This document shows, piece by piece, positions 21,206 through 31,269 of a DNA stretch of 64,000 bases (position 1 is the stretch's first letter; every line of letters begins with the position of its first letter). The DNA lies in assembly GCA_947627105.1 (NCBI GenBank), contig CANQUT010000002.1, positions 7,625-71,624 on the forward strand, in the 5' to 3' direction. This DNA is from an uncultured Clostridia bacterium. Its GTDB lineage: Bacteria > Bacillota > Clostridia > TANB77 > CAG-508. The notes under the pieces are model-generated. The model searched no databases, was not told where the DNA came from, and worked only from the letters and a program-made list of their open reading frames with translations. The position numbers and the translations under genes were made by a program.

Positions 21206-22580
21206 TTAAAAATACCTCTTTTCTTAGCATATCATTTTGTTCTTTGTTTAAGTTATTTTCTTCGTTATATAACATTGTAATATCATTTTTAGTATCTACT
21301 AAATTATAATTGTTTTTATAATATTCTAATAAATATGGCAAGCTCAAATTTTTGCTTTCTAAGTTTTGTATTGTTTTACTTATTGCAAAATTTACTTCTT
21401 CAAAAGTTCCAACACAGTCAAAAGGCTTTGCTATGCCATTTCCTGTTAATTCTATAAATGTTTGTAATAAATTTTCTTTTTCAAATAAGTCTTCTCCAAA
21501 AATTTTAACTAATTTTTCTTTATATAAGTATGGACTTAATATAGTATATGCAAATAAGCATTTAGCACAATTGCAACACCATTTCCACTCTTTTTCTTTG
21601 CTTCCAACATTACAGCTTTTAAATACTTTATGATATTTTTCCTTTCTTGCAAATATTTTCGCAATTTGTAATTCGTTTAATGGTCTTAAAAAGCTAAAAT
21701 ATTTTACAGGAGCTTTTAAATATTCTTTAGAATATTCTTCAAAATCGCATTCAAATTCATAGCTTTTAGAATATTGATGATTTACTTTTTCTCCAATAAT
21801 GTTTGATTCGTTTGCACTATTTTCATTTGATAATGCAACATACTTCTTTGAAAGTAAGTATGCTACAAAATATGTTAGAAATGCAAGCATAGCAGAAAAT
21901 GGCGTATGTCCATTTATGAAGCCTTGTTTATTTAAATCTATTAAATTTTGATCTATTTGTCTATAGATTTCTATTATATTGTTATCTTCTAAACCTGCTA
22001 TTTTAGCACATTCTAATGTTACTGGTTTTGGGTTAACAATTAAAGCATAATCCGTTTTATTATTTATTTTTAAGGTTTCTAATGTTACAACAGAGTCTTT
22101 TCCTCCGCCAATTGGAACTATGTATCCATTTGAAGAATCTTTTATTTCTTCATACTCAAATTCATTTGTCTCATTTATGCACTCTATATTTACAAAGTCA
22201 TTAATGTTTGTTTGTATATTATTTGTATAAAATAGTTCTCCTAATCCATAAAAATATAGTTTTTTAAACCATTTAATTTGATTTTCATTTAAATACCCAC
22301 ATTTAATAACTATTTTTGGTGAACATGTACATTTCCAATAGCTTATAAGTTCTATAAGTCCTATATGAAATATCATATTTTTTGCATATTTAGTATTAAT
22401 ATCTTTAAAGTTTAAATTCTTTTTTAATATTTTTATTTTTGGATTAAATTTTGCAAGATTTGGTATTTCAAATTCATATTGTAAGTATATGGCTTTACTG
22501 TCTTGCTTTACTGAATAATTGTTAAAATAAAATTCTTTATATTTATTTCTGTATTCTTCAAATTTTAATGAATTATTCAT
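21195..22580 (-). CDS. PP-loop ATPase-like protein, candidate MurL (UDP-MurNAc-L-Ala-L-Glu epimerase) family
   Basis: 461 aa with a VPIGGGKDSVV PP-loop-like motif and a C-terminal CNCAKC cluster. It is translationally coupled to murD. The family call is from memory and not verified. Confidence 0.45.
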   Translation of the reverse strand: MNNSLKFEEYRNKYKEFYFNNYSVKQDSKAIYLQYEFEIPNLAKFNPKIKILKKNLNFKDINTKYAKNMIFHIGLIELISYWKCTCSPKIVIKCGYLNENQIKWFKKLYFYGLGELFYTNNIQTNINDFVNIECINETNEFEYEEIKDSSNGYIVPIGGGKDSVVTLETLKINNKTDYALIVNPKPVTLECAKIAGLEDNNIIEIYRQIDQNLIDLNKQGFINGHTPFSAMLAFLTYFVAYLLSKKYVALSNENSANESNIIGEKVNHQYSKSYEFECDFEEYSKEYLKAPVKYFSFLRPLNELQIAKIFARKEKYHKVFKSCNVGSKEKEWKWCCNCAKCLFAYTILSPYLYKEKLVKIFGEDLFEKENLLQTFIELTGNGIAKPFDCVGTFEEVNFAISKTIQNLESKNLSLPYLLEYYKNNYNLVDTKNDITMLYNEENNLNKEQNDMLRKEVFLIDK

Positions 22581-22839
22581 ACTTTAAAATTAGACCTTTC
22601 TTTTAAACTTATTATTATAATACTTTTATAGTTTAGTATTGTTACTATTTTTTGTAAATTATATTTCACTAGAGTTATTATAGCAAATAATGCAATATTT
22701 ATAAATAGTTTTTCGAATTTTTCCCATTTGTTGTACTCTAATCCATGCATAAGCTTCTTTAGCATACCAAAATTCAATGTCATCTTCATCAAAGTGAAGT
22801 TTTAAAATTTTATTCAAGTAATAAAATAAAGACCATTTT

Positions 22840-23497
22840 TTAGTGGTCTTTATTACATATTTTATTTATAAAATAATCAAAAAATTTTATATCCATCATA
22901 TATTCAGGATGCCATTGTACTGCAATTATATTTTTATTTTCTATTGCTTCTACAATTCCATCTTCACTTTTTGCCACTACTTTAAATTCTTTTGCTACTT
23001 CTTTTATTGCTTGATGATGTAGTGAATTTGTTTTCATTTGGTCAGAATTATAACAATTATATAAAAAAGATTTTTTTTCAAATCTTACATTATGTCTTTC
23101 TTCTTTTGGTAATTTGTGATTAGGAATATCTTGATATAAACTACCACCAAAGCAAACATTTATAGATTGTATTCCTCTACAAATACCTAAAATAGGCTTA
23201 TTAACATCATTAAAGGCTCTTATAATTGTAAAATCTAATGTATCAATTTCCTCTGCCATCTTATGTATTTCTGCAATAGGCTGTTCGTTATAATTTTTAG
23301 GATCTATATCTATTGAACTTCCTATAACAATTAGTCCATCACAAATATTAATAACTTGTTCTAAATTAGTTAAAGAACTAACTGGAAATAGTAGTACATT
23401 TAGTTTTTCAAATATATCCTTAAATTCTTTATCAATATAATATTTCTCAGAACCTTTTTCAGATAATTCATATCTTCCGAGTTATTGCTAATATCAT
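22840..23497 (-). CDS. peptidase C26 / class I glutamine amidotransferase-like gamma-glutamyl hydrolase; 218 aa only with a +1 shift at CGG 23479..23477
   Basis: ATG 23497 (RBS ggagaaaag) gives MILAIT, then CGG. Skipping the C gives GRYELSEKGSEKYYIDKEF..., in frame with track ORF 22840..23259 (GICRGIQ, WHPE). Confidence 0.8.
23477..23479 (-). other. in-frame CGG recoding site (act CGG aag read as act c GGA aga), codon 7
   Basis: The zero frame stops after 9 codons. The +1 frame is open for 213 codons to the stop at 22840. Confidence 0.75.
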
Positions 23498-23544
23498 ACT
23501 TTTCTCCAATTTTTTATTATTTTTATGTAATTTATAGCATTAAA

Positions 23545-23720
23545 TACAAATTTTAACAATAAATATGACAATAAAAATATATATGTCATAAAAATTTAAT
23601 ATTTCTGTAATATTTCTTCATTTTTTGTAATAATATAATTTTGAAAATAATAAAAGAACTGTTAAAGATTATGAATTATTTGAAATTGAAGATGTTCTTG
23701 TAATAGATTTAAATGACTTA
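23545..23720 (+). repeat. ~170-bp direct repeat, copy 1 (partner at 27228..27391)
   Basis: A long near-identical run ...aataaaagaactgttaaagattatgaattatttgaaattgaa.atgttcttg.aatagatttaaatgactta. It lies just upstream of the amidotransferase gene. Confidence 0.8.
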
Positions 23721-23767
23721 CTAAAATACATTAGCAACAAATTTTAGATAAAAATTTTGAAAATTGT

Positions 23768-23796
23768 TTGACAAACATAAAAAATAATGCTATACT
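23768..23796 (+). promoter_or_regulatory. sigma-A type promoter TTGACA-17-TATACT
   Basis: Read directly. Spacing is 17 nt. Confidence 0.6.
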
Positions 23797-23802
23797 AATA
23801 AT

Positions 23803-23871
23803 AGCTTAAATGAAAGATATCCATTCATGGTAGCGACACTAGATATGTGAGGAGAACACATATCTTTTTTT
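23803..23871 (+). ncRNA. candidate ~70-nt antisense-type sRNA (putative type I antitoxin)
   Basis: It starts downstream of the promoter above. It ends at the terminator agatatgtg-aggagaa-cacatatct followed by T6. It contains agatatccattcat, complementary to the start-codon region of the convergent small ORF. Confidence 0.5.
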
Positions 23872-23915
23872 ATGCAAAAAAACAGAGCAGGGAGAAACCG
23901 CTCTGAACTGATAAA

Positions 23916-24011
23916 TCAGTTTTTACTTGTGCTGTTTCTATATGTATTCAATTCTTCTTCCAATTTTTCAATCTTCTGAAGCAGAATCCATATAAGTAGA
24001 TATCCATTCAT
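23916..24011 (-). CDS. 31-aa small ORF MNGYLLIWILLQKIEKLEEELNTYRNSTSKN (putative type I toxin-like peptide)
   Basis: RBS aaggggg upstream, its own promoter (24065..24093) and its own terminator (cagagc...gctctg plus T-run, 23876..23905). Below the ORF-track length cutoff. Confidence 0.4.
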   Translation of the reverse strand: MNGYLLIWILLQKIEKLEEELNTYRNSTSKN

Positions 24012-24064
24012 ACTGGTACAACACCCCCTTTTCTAAAGATTCCCTTTACAAAAAGGATGTTCCT

Positions 24065-24093
24065 ATTATACTTTATTTTTTTACATTTTACAA
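24065..24093 (-). promoter_or_regulatory. promoter TTGTAA-17-TATAAT for the small ORF
   Basis: Read on the minus strand. Spacing is 17 nt. Confidence 0.55.
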
Positions 24094-24191
24094 TAATTTT
24101 TTAATATATTCTAATTTATATCTTCCGATAACCACTTATAAATTTCACTTAATGTCAAATTATATAAGAAAATGGTTTATAAGATAGAGTT

Positions 24192-24237
24192 TGGTTAGGG
24201 TACTAGGATTCGAACCTAGGAAATGTAGGAGTCAGAG
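24192..24237 (-). repeat. partial copy (3' 46 nt) of tRNA-Gln, att-like direct repeat
   Basis: Matches 27421..27466 with 2 mismatches. It covers the anticodon loop through the CCA end. Confidence 0.85.
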
Positions 24238-24616
24238 CATGAGCTTTTCTTTTCTGCTCATATTTTATTTTCATAATTTTATTTCTTTTTTGTATAATTG
24301 AATTTCTTAAATCTTCAATTTGAGAATCATATAATTTTCTTAATTTATTTTTTTCTTCTACTGATAAATCATTTTCAGATATTCTTTTTTCTCTTATTAA
24401 TCTTTGTAGTTTTAATAACTTCTGTTCTTCTGTTTCTTCAACTTTTATGTTTTCAGCAAAAATTGAATTTCTAACTTTTTGTTCATTTTCAACTATATTT
24501 TCTGAAGTATTTAATTCATAGTTTTCAACTATTTGTTGTCCAAATAAGTTTTTAAAGAAGTTTTTTATTTTAGAAAATATACTTTCATTTACAGGTATTA
24601 AACTATTATTTGACAT
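24203..24616 (-). CDS. hypothetical coiled-coil protein (137 aa); its 3' end runs into the tRNA remnant
   Basis: ORF only. No recognisable motif. Confidence 0.4.
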   Translation of the reverse strand: MSNNSLIPVNESIFSKIKNFFKNLFGQQIVENYELNTSENIVENEQKVRNSIFAENIKVEETEEQKLLKLQRLIREKRISENDLSVEEKNKLRKLYDSQIEDLRNSIIQKRNKIMKIKYEQKRKAHALTPTFPRFES

Positions 24617-24627
24617 TTATCTTCCTC

Positions 24628-27186
24628 CTAATCATCAAAATCTATTCCATCAGTTTCAACTTTTGGCTGATTTGCTCTATTATCTTTATCATATTGTTGT
24701 AATAGCTTTGTTGCTTTTCCATCTAATGTTTCAAGAATATGCTTTTGTTGATCTAATTCTTCTAATGATGGTTCTATCTCTGGTTTACCTTGTAATTGTC
24801 TTTGATATGAAATAAAAGAATTTCTTTGACTTTCAAGTCTTTTTAAACTCCACAAATCTTCGCCTGCATCTTGCATAAATCTAATTCTACTGCTTAGATT
24901 ATCTATTTGAGTTTGTATTGCCTCTGGAGTTGCATACTCTATTGTTACTTTATCTAATATTGAATCTACAGAATATATTAATCCTTCTGAAACTTTAATA
25001 TGTGCGGCTTGTGTTGATGAATTAAATTCCCAACCTCCAAACAGGCTATAACCTCTTTTAAATCCATTTTCTTCTGCTATTTCTCTCATAGCACCATTTT
25101 CAAAATCAACTAAAAATGCTGAATTTGTAAGATTTTCATAATTATTCATAAAATATTTTGAAAAGCTATCTGCTAATATCTGTTCTCTACCATTTCTAAA
25201 ACTAATTTCATCAATATTTCCATGTTCTTTCATATATTGTGCATAAGCTCTTCCTAATGCTGCTACAAATTCTTCTTGTCCTCTTATAGGTGTTGTTGTA
25301 TTTGATTGTTCTTTTTCTCTATGCTCTCTGTCATATTCATCTATTTCAGTTTTTTGAGCATATAATCTATCTAGCTCTGAAGGTACACCGCTTGTGTCTG
25401 GCCAACTAAAATTTCCTGGATCTGAATGTTCTTTTTTGTGATTTTCCCATATCTTCTCATACTCTTCTTTACTATATTGAATGTATCTTCTTCTCATCCA
25501 TGCTTGTTTATTTAATTCATCTTTATGCACTTCATCAAATTCCTGTAAATCTTCCCAGCCATACTTTTCTTCAATCTCGCCTAATTGCTCACTTATTCTA
25601 TCTGAATTAGCAAGTTTTTGTGCTTGTTGTACTTCTTGGAATATAGCTTGTTTTCTTTTTTCCATTTCACTTGCAGGTAGTCCTAAACTTTCTAACTCAT
25701 CTATTCTACTAGCATAAGAATCCATTAATTGTTGTGCCTTTTCCTCTAGGGCTTTTTCTTGGTCTAATATTCTTTGGATTTCTTCTCGTTTTTTTACTAA
25801 TGGTTCTCTTTTTATATTAAGTGCTTCCATTGTTGTTTGATATTCTTGTTCAAATCCATCTTTGATTTCTTGTGGTATTTTTGATTCTTCTCTTAATATT
25901 CTAGTATTTATAGAAGTTAATAATTCTTGTCTATATTCATCTGTCATATATAATATTCCAGATTTACCATATTCGCTACTTACTGTGGCACATTTTCCTC
26001 TTTGCATACTAACATGTGTTTTCCATGGGAATACATCAAATATTGGATATCCAGAATCAAAATTACTCATATCCATACTATAGAATGCTGCTACTAATTC
26101 TTCGCAAGGGTCATAGTCAATATTAAATCCATGGTTAAAGTCTCCATATTCCAATTTATTGTCTATTTCTTTTCCTAAAGCATTTGAAAATTTTTTAGCA
26201 TTTTTTTCTGTTAAATTAGGATATTTCTTTTTTATACATTCTAAAAAATAATCAATTACTGATTGTTTTATTTTTTTATTTACTTCACTTTCTGCTTTCT
26301 TTTTTCCTACAGAAGACTGTTTTTTCTCTTTTTTTGCACTATTTAAGTCATATCCTAATGTTGTCAATAATTCTCTAGTTTTTTCTTCTCCTTCTTTTTC
26401 GTATAATTCAATTAAGGCTTGTTTTCCACCTAATTGATTTATATCTCTTTTACTCATATTTGCAAATAATGATGGCATTTCTACTACATCTGTTTTTTCT
26501 TTTGGTGGTAATTTTGATCTAACTTCTGTTATATATGCTTTTGTAGATTCAAGTGTTTTAAATTTTTCTTTTATTTCATTAAAATAAGCAAATGCTTCTT
26601 CATCAATTTTCCCGTTCTCTTCTATAACTTCATCTCTGCTTATATTCATTATTTCATTCAAAAAACTTTGAATGATCGGTAGCATTTCTTCGCTATCACT
26701 CATTTCCTGTGCAATCCATTGTATATATGTATCTAAAGTGTCGGTATATCCACCACTTATAGTTTCTTCTCTAGCTGTGTTTGGATATGATAATTCATGA
26801 ATAAAAGCACCTTTCATTCCGTGTCTATCACTTTTGTATCTATCGCAATCAGCATACTCACACTCCATAGACACTTGTCCATCTTGTTTTTTATAAGTTT
26901 GTTCTTCCCATTCTAGTTCTTCATCATTATCATCATAAGGATGTGTTTCTCCATCTATCAATACGTGAATCTGATCTCCATCATCCAAATAAGATAATAT
27001 TTTTTCAATATCTATATCTGCACCATACCAACTTAACCTTTTTACAGCTTCTAATTCATTTCCATCTTCAGATATTTCAAATCTCTTTTTAAAATTTGCT
27101 ATTACTAACTTTGCTGTATTTAAAAACTTTTGTTTATTATTTCCTGTGTACTTTAAGTTCCAAGTTCCATACCATCCCATATTCAA
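24628..27186 (-). CDS. hypothetical large acidic protein (852 aa), no family recognised
   Basis: Long uninterrupted ORF with RBS ggaggag. Glu/Lys-rich helical regions. Confidence 0.6.
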   Translation of the reverse strand: MNMGWYGTWNLKYTGNNKQKFLNTAKLVIANFKKRFEISEDGNELEAVKRLSWYGADIDIEKILSYLDDGDQIHVLIDGETHPYDDNDEELEWEEQTYKKQDGQVSMECEYADCDRYKSDRHGMKGAFIHELSYPNTAREETISGGYTDTLDTYIQWIAQEMSDSEEMLPIIQSFLNEIMNISRDEVIEENGKIDEEAFAYFNEIKEKFKTLESTKAYITEVRSKLPPKEKTDVVEMPSLFANMSKRDINQLGGKQALIELYEKEGEEKTRELLTTLGYDLNSAKKEKKQSSVGKKKAESEVNKKIKQSVIDYFLECIKKKYPNLTEKNAKKFSNALGKEIDNKLEYGDFNHGFNIDYDPCEELVAAFYSMDMSNFDSGYPIFDVFPWKTHVSMQRGKCATVSSEYGKSGILYMTDEYRQELLTSINTRILREESKIPQEIKDGFEQEYQTTMEALNIKREPLVKKREEIQRILDQEKALEEKAQQLMDSYASRIDELESLGLPASEMEKRKQAIFQEVQQAQKLANSDRISEQLGEIEEKYGWEDLQEFDEVHKDELNKQAWMRRRYIQYSKEEYEKIWENHKKEHSDPGNFSWPDTSGVPSELDRLYAQKTEIDEYDREHREKEQSNTTTPIRGQEEFVAALGRAYAQYMKEHGNIDEISFRNGREQILADSFSKYFMNNYENLTNSAFLVDFENGAMREIAEENGFKRGYSLFGGWEFNSSTQAAHIKVSEGLIYSVDSILDKVTIEYATPEAIQTQIDNLSSRIRFMQDAGEDLWSLKRLESQRNSFISYQRQLQGKPEIEPSLEELDQQKHILETLDGKATKLLQQYDKDNRANQPKVETDGIDFDD

Positions 27187-27227
27187 ACTCCTCCGCTTTT
27201 GTTTTTATATAATTTATATCATAAGTA

Positions 27228-27391
27228 CTAATTTTTTACAATGAATATGTCAATTAAAATCACTTTATCACAATAATTTAATATTTTTGTAATATTTTTT
27301 CATTTTTTATAATAATATAAATAATAAAAGAACTGTTAAAGATTATGAATTATTTGAAATTGAACATGTTCTTGGAATAGATTTAAATGAC
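27228..27391 (+). repeat. ~170-bp direct repeat, copy 2
   Basis: See 23545..23720. It lies between ORF852 and tRNA-Gln. Confidence 0.8.
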
Positions 27392-27420
27392 TTAATTCTT
27401 TACTCCTATTAATATGTATT

Positions 27421-27496
27421 TGGTTGGGGTACTAGGATTCGAACCTAGGAAATGTCGGAGTCAGAGTCCGATGCCTTACCGCTTGGCTATACCCCA
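27421..27496 (-). tRNA. tRNA-Gln (anticodon CUG)
   Basis: Cloverleaf read by hand: acceptor TGGGGTA/TACCCCA, D arm GCC-AAGCGGTAA-GGC, anticodon stem TCGGA/TCCGA with the 7-nt loop CTCTGAC, T arm CTAGG-TTCGAAT-CCTAG, and an encoded CCA. Confidence 0.9.
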
Positions 27497-27590
27497 ATGT
27501 TATAGTATTATATTATTTTTGCTTCTACAAGAATAATATAATACTATTATTTGTTTTTGATTAATTTAAAAATTATTTGATATTTCAAAA

Positions 27591-28913
<1,323 letters not shown>

Positions 28914-28929
28914 TTATATTTAAATAAGG

Positions 28930-29574
28930 TTATACACCTATACTTAATATCTGTGTTTTTATTTGATAGTTTTGAATATCTTCTATTTGCTCTATTTGTT
29001 CTTTTTGATATTTCACCATATATTTTATAGGATTATAATATATTGTGTCTGAATAAATAGATCTATCTGGTATAGTATTTTTTTCTAATTCTTTTATTAA
29101 TAAATTCCTTTGCTTCTTGCTTAAACTTTCTATTTGTATTTTTAAATTATTATAAGCCCATAATATATGCTTTGCTTCTACTTGCTCTTTTAAAATAGGC
29201 AATTTATCATAGTTAAGTTCTACTGCAAATTTTAACCCTTCTATTTTTATAGTAATATTAGTCCATGATCTTCTGTGCAATTTATTAAATTCTTCTTTAA
29301 GCTCTTTAATTAAGTCATACAATTTTATTGCTAATTTTAAATATTCATTTTCATCTAGATTAAATTTGCCTGGAATTTCGTAAATATTTATTGGGTTCTT
29401 TTTTAAAATTCCTTTTGGAAAATAGTAAAAGAACATTTCGCCTGTTTTAAAGTTTCCAAAGTTTTGTACTACAGAAGCATATAAATAAATTCTGTCCCAT
29501 TTTTCTGGTATCATATAGAAAAGTTGATTTTGTATTTTTTTATAAATTGCTCTAATGGTTTCTGTTTCTTGCAT
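28930..29574 (-). CDS. hypothetical protein with YezG/DUF600-like (immunity-protein-like) N-terminal half
   Basis: MIPEKWDRIYLYASV...GEMFFYYFP resembles the DUF600 pattern. The call is from memory. Confidence 0.35.
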   Translation of the reverse strand: MQETETIRAIYKKIQNQLFYMIPEKWDRIYLYASVVQNFGNFKTGEMFFYYFPKGILKKNPINIYEIPGKFNLDENEYLKLAIKLYDLIKELKEEFNKLHRRSWTNITIKIEGLKFAVELNYDKLPILKEQVEAKHILWAYNNLKIQIESLSKKQRNLLIKELEKNTIPDRSIYSDTIYYNPIKYMVKYQKEQIEQIEDIQNYQIKTQILSIGV

Positions 29575-29591
29575 TTTTTATTTCCTTAAAT

Positions 29592-31121
29592 TTACTTTTC
29601 TATTAAACTTTCGCCCGTCATTTCTTTAGGTTTTGGAAGTTCTAAAAGTTCTAACATTGTTGGGCTTAAGTCTGCTAATCTTCCTTCTTTTAGTTTTACA
29701 CCATCTAATCCAATTAGCACTAATGGAACTGGGTTTGTTGTATGGGCTGTATGTGGCTCTCCTGTTTTGTAATCTATCATTTGTTCAGCATTTCCATGGT
29801 CTGCTGTCATTAATATTACTCCATTTTGTTTATTTACAGCATCTACTACTTTTTGCACACATTCATCAATAGTTTCTATTGCTTTAATTGCTGCTTCTAA
29901 ATTTCCTGTATGGCCTACCATATCTGGATTAGCATAATTTAAAATTATTGAATCATATTTATTAGAATTTATTGCTTCTACTACTTTTTCTGTAACTTCA
30001 TATGCACTCATTTCTGGCTTTAAATCATAGGTTTGTACTTTTGGAGATGGTATTAAAATTCTATCTTCTCCTTTATATTGCTTTTCTTCTCCTCCATTAA
30101 AGAAGAAGGTAACATGTGCATATTTTTCTGTTTCTGCAATTCTTAACTGTGTTAAACCATTGTTTGAAATATATTCTCCAAATGTATTTTTTAGTTCTTC
30201 TGCTTTAAATGCAATATGAACATTTGGAATAGTTTCATCATACTCTGTAAAGCATACATAGTATAAATTTAAATCTTCTGTTTCAAATTCTTTAAATTCT
30301 GGATCTACTAGGCTTCTAGTAATTTCTCTTGCTCTATCTGGTCTATAATTAAAGAATATAACAGAGTCATTTTTTGAAATTTTGGCAATTGGTTCTTCTC
30401 CATTACATATAACAGTTGGCTCAACAAATTCATCAAATACTTCTTTTTGGTAAGAACTTTCTATTGCAGAAATGGCAGAAGTAGCTTTTTCTCCTTCACC
30501 TTTTACTAATGCATTATATGCTTTTACTACTCTTTCCCATCTTTTATCTCTGTCCATTGCGTAAAATCTTCCACATATAGTTGCAATTTTTCCAACATTT
30601 TTTTCTTTCATTTTTTCTTCTAATTTTGCAATATATGTTTCTCCTGAAGCTGGTGGAGTATCTCTACCATCTAAAAAGCAATGAACATACACATCTTCAA
30701 AGTCTTTTCTTTTTGCAAGCTCTAAAAGTGCTATTAAATGTCTAATATGGCTATGAACTCCTCCATCTGAAAGAAGTCCCATTATATGAAGCTTAGAATT
30801 GTGTTTTTTACAATTTTCTATTGCATCTGAAAATTCTTTAATACTAAAGAAATCTCCATCTTCTATTGATTTTGTAATTTTAGTTAAATCTTGGTAAACA
30901 ATTCTACCTGCTCCTATGTTTGTATGACCTACCTCTGAATTTCCCATTTGTCCGTCTGGAAGTCCAACATCAAGGCCACTTGTATGAATTATTGTTGTTG
31001 GACATGTTTTCATTAGTTTATCTATATTAGGTGTGTTTGCTAATTTTACTGCATTTGCTTTTTCATTTTCATTAATGCCAAAACCATCTAATATCATTAG
31101 CATTATAGGTTTTCTTCTCAT
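29592..31121 (-). CDS. gpmI: 2,3-bisphosphoglycerate-independent phosphoglycerate mutase
   Basis: 509 aa with ILDGFG, GNSEVGHTNIGAGR and ADHGNAE motifs. Confidence 0.96.
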   Translation of the reverse strand: MRRKPIMLMILDGFGINENEKANAVKLANTPNIDKLMKTCPTTIIHTSGLDVGLPDGQMGNSEVGHTNIGAGRIVYQDLTKITKSIEDGDFFSIKEFSDAIENCKKHNSKLHIMGLLSDGGVHSHIRHLIALLELAKRKDFEDVYVHCFLDGRDTPPASGETYIAKLEEKMKEKNVGKIATICGRFYAMDRDKRWERVVKAYNALVKGEGEKATSAISAIESSYQKEVFDEFVEPTVICNGEEPIAKISKNDSVIFFNYRPDRAREITRSLVDPEFKEFETEDLNLYYVCFTEYDETIPNVHIAFKAEELKNTFGEYISNNGLTQLRIAETEKYAHVTFFFNGGEEKQYKGEDRILIPSPKVQTYDLKPEMSAYEVTEKVVEAINSNKYDSIILNYANPDMVGHTGNLEAAIKAIETIDECVQKVVDAVNKQNGVILMTADHGNAEQMIDYKTGEPHTAHTTNPVPLVLIGLDGVKLKEGRLADLSPTMLELLELPKPKEMTGESLIEK

Positions 31122-31150
31122 TTTTTATATCTCCATTTCTATTTATACAT

Positions 31151-31265
31151 TTTAGAGTAGCCACTTGCTTCATTATATATGTTTTTTCGTGCTTTAGCCT
31201 AAGAAAAAACATATATAATACGCAAGCGACGTGGCGGATAATTTTAAGGCTGTGAATTGTAACTA
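31151..31265 (+). repeat. structured intergenic element family 2, copy a
   Basis: Conserved flanks tttagagtagccac and cgcaagcgacgtggcggataattttaaggct surround a long hairpin whose stem sequence differs between copies but stays complementary. Confidence 0.8.
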
Positions 31266-31269
31266 CTAT

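Larger units (their letters stand above)
24238..27420 (-). mobile_element. ~3.2-kb tRNA-Gln-linked islet bounded by the tRNA 3'-end direct repeat; no integrase present
   Basis: The intact tRNA sits at one end and its 46-nt 3' remnant at the other. The two ORFs inside have no recognisable function. Confidence 0.4.

Noticed and set aside
22577-22792. 71-aa ORF upstream of the murL-like gene.
   Set aside because: There is no RBS and the composition is low-complexity and AT-driven. It overlaps the murL-like gene start, and the terminator that follows the amidotransferase gene lies just beyond its upstream end (about 22820..22850). It is likely a non-coding intergenic region.
24238-27420. Calling the islet a prophage or integrative element with confidence.
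   Set aside because: There are no integrase, excisionase, replication or structural genes. Only the att-like tRNA repeat supports mobility, so it is kept as a low-confidence remnant.
27421-27496. The idea that the tRNA in this window might be the CGG/quadruplet decoder.
   Set aside because: It is a standard tRNA-Gln with a 7-nt anticodon loop CTCTGAC (anticodon CUG). Only its variable region looks one nt longer than usual.
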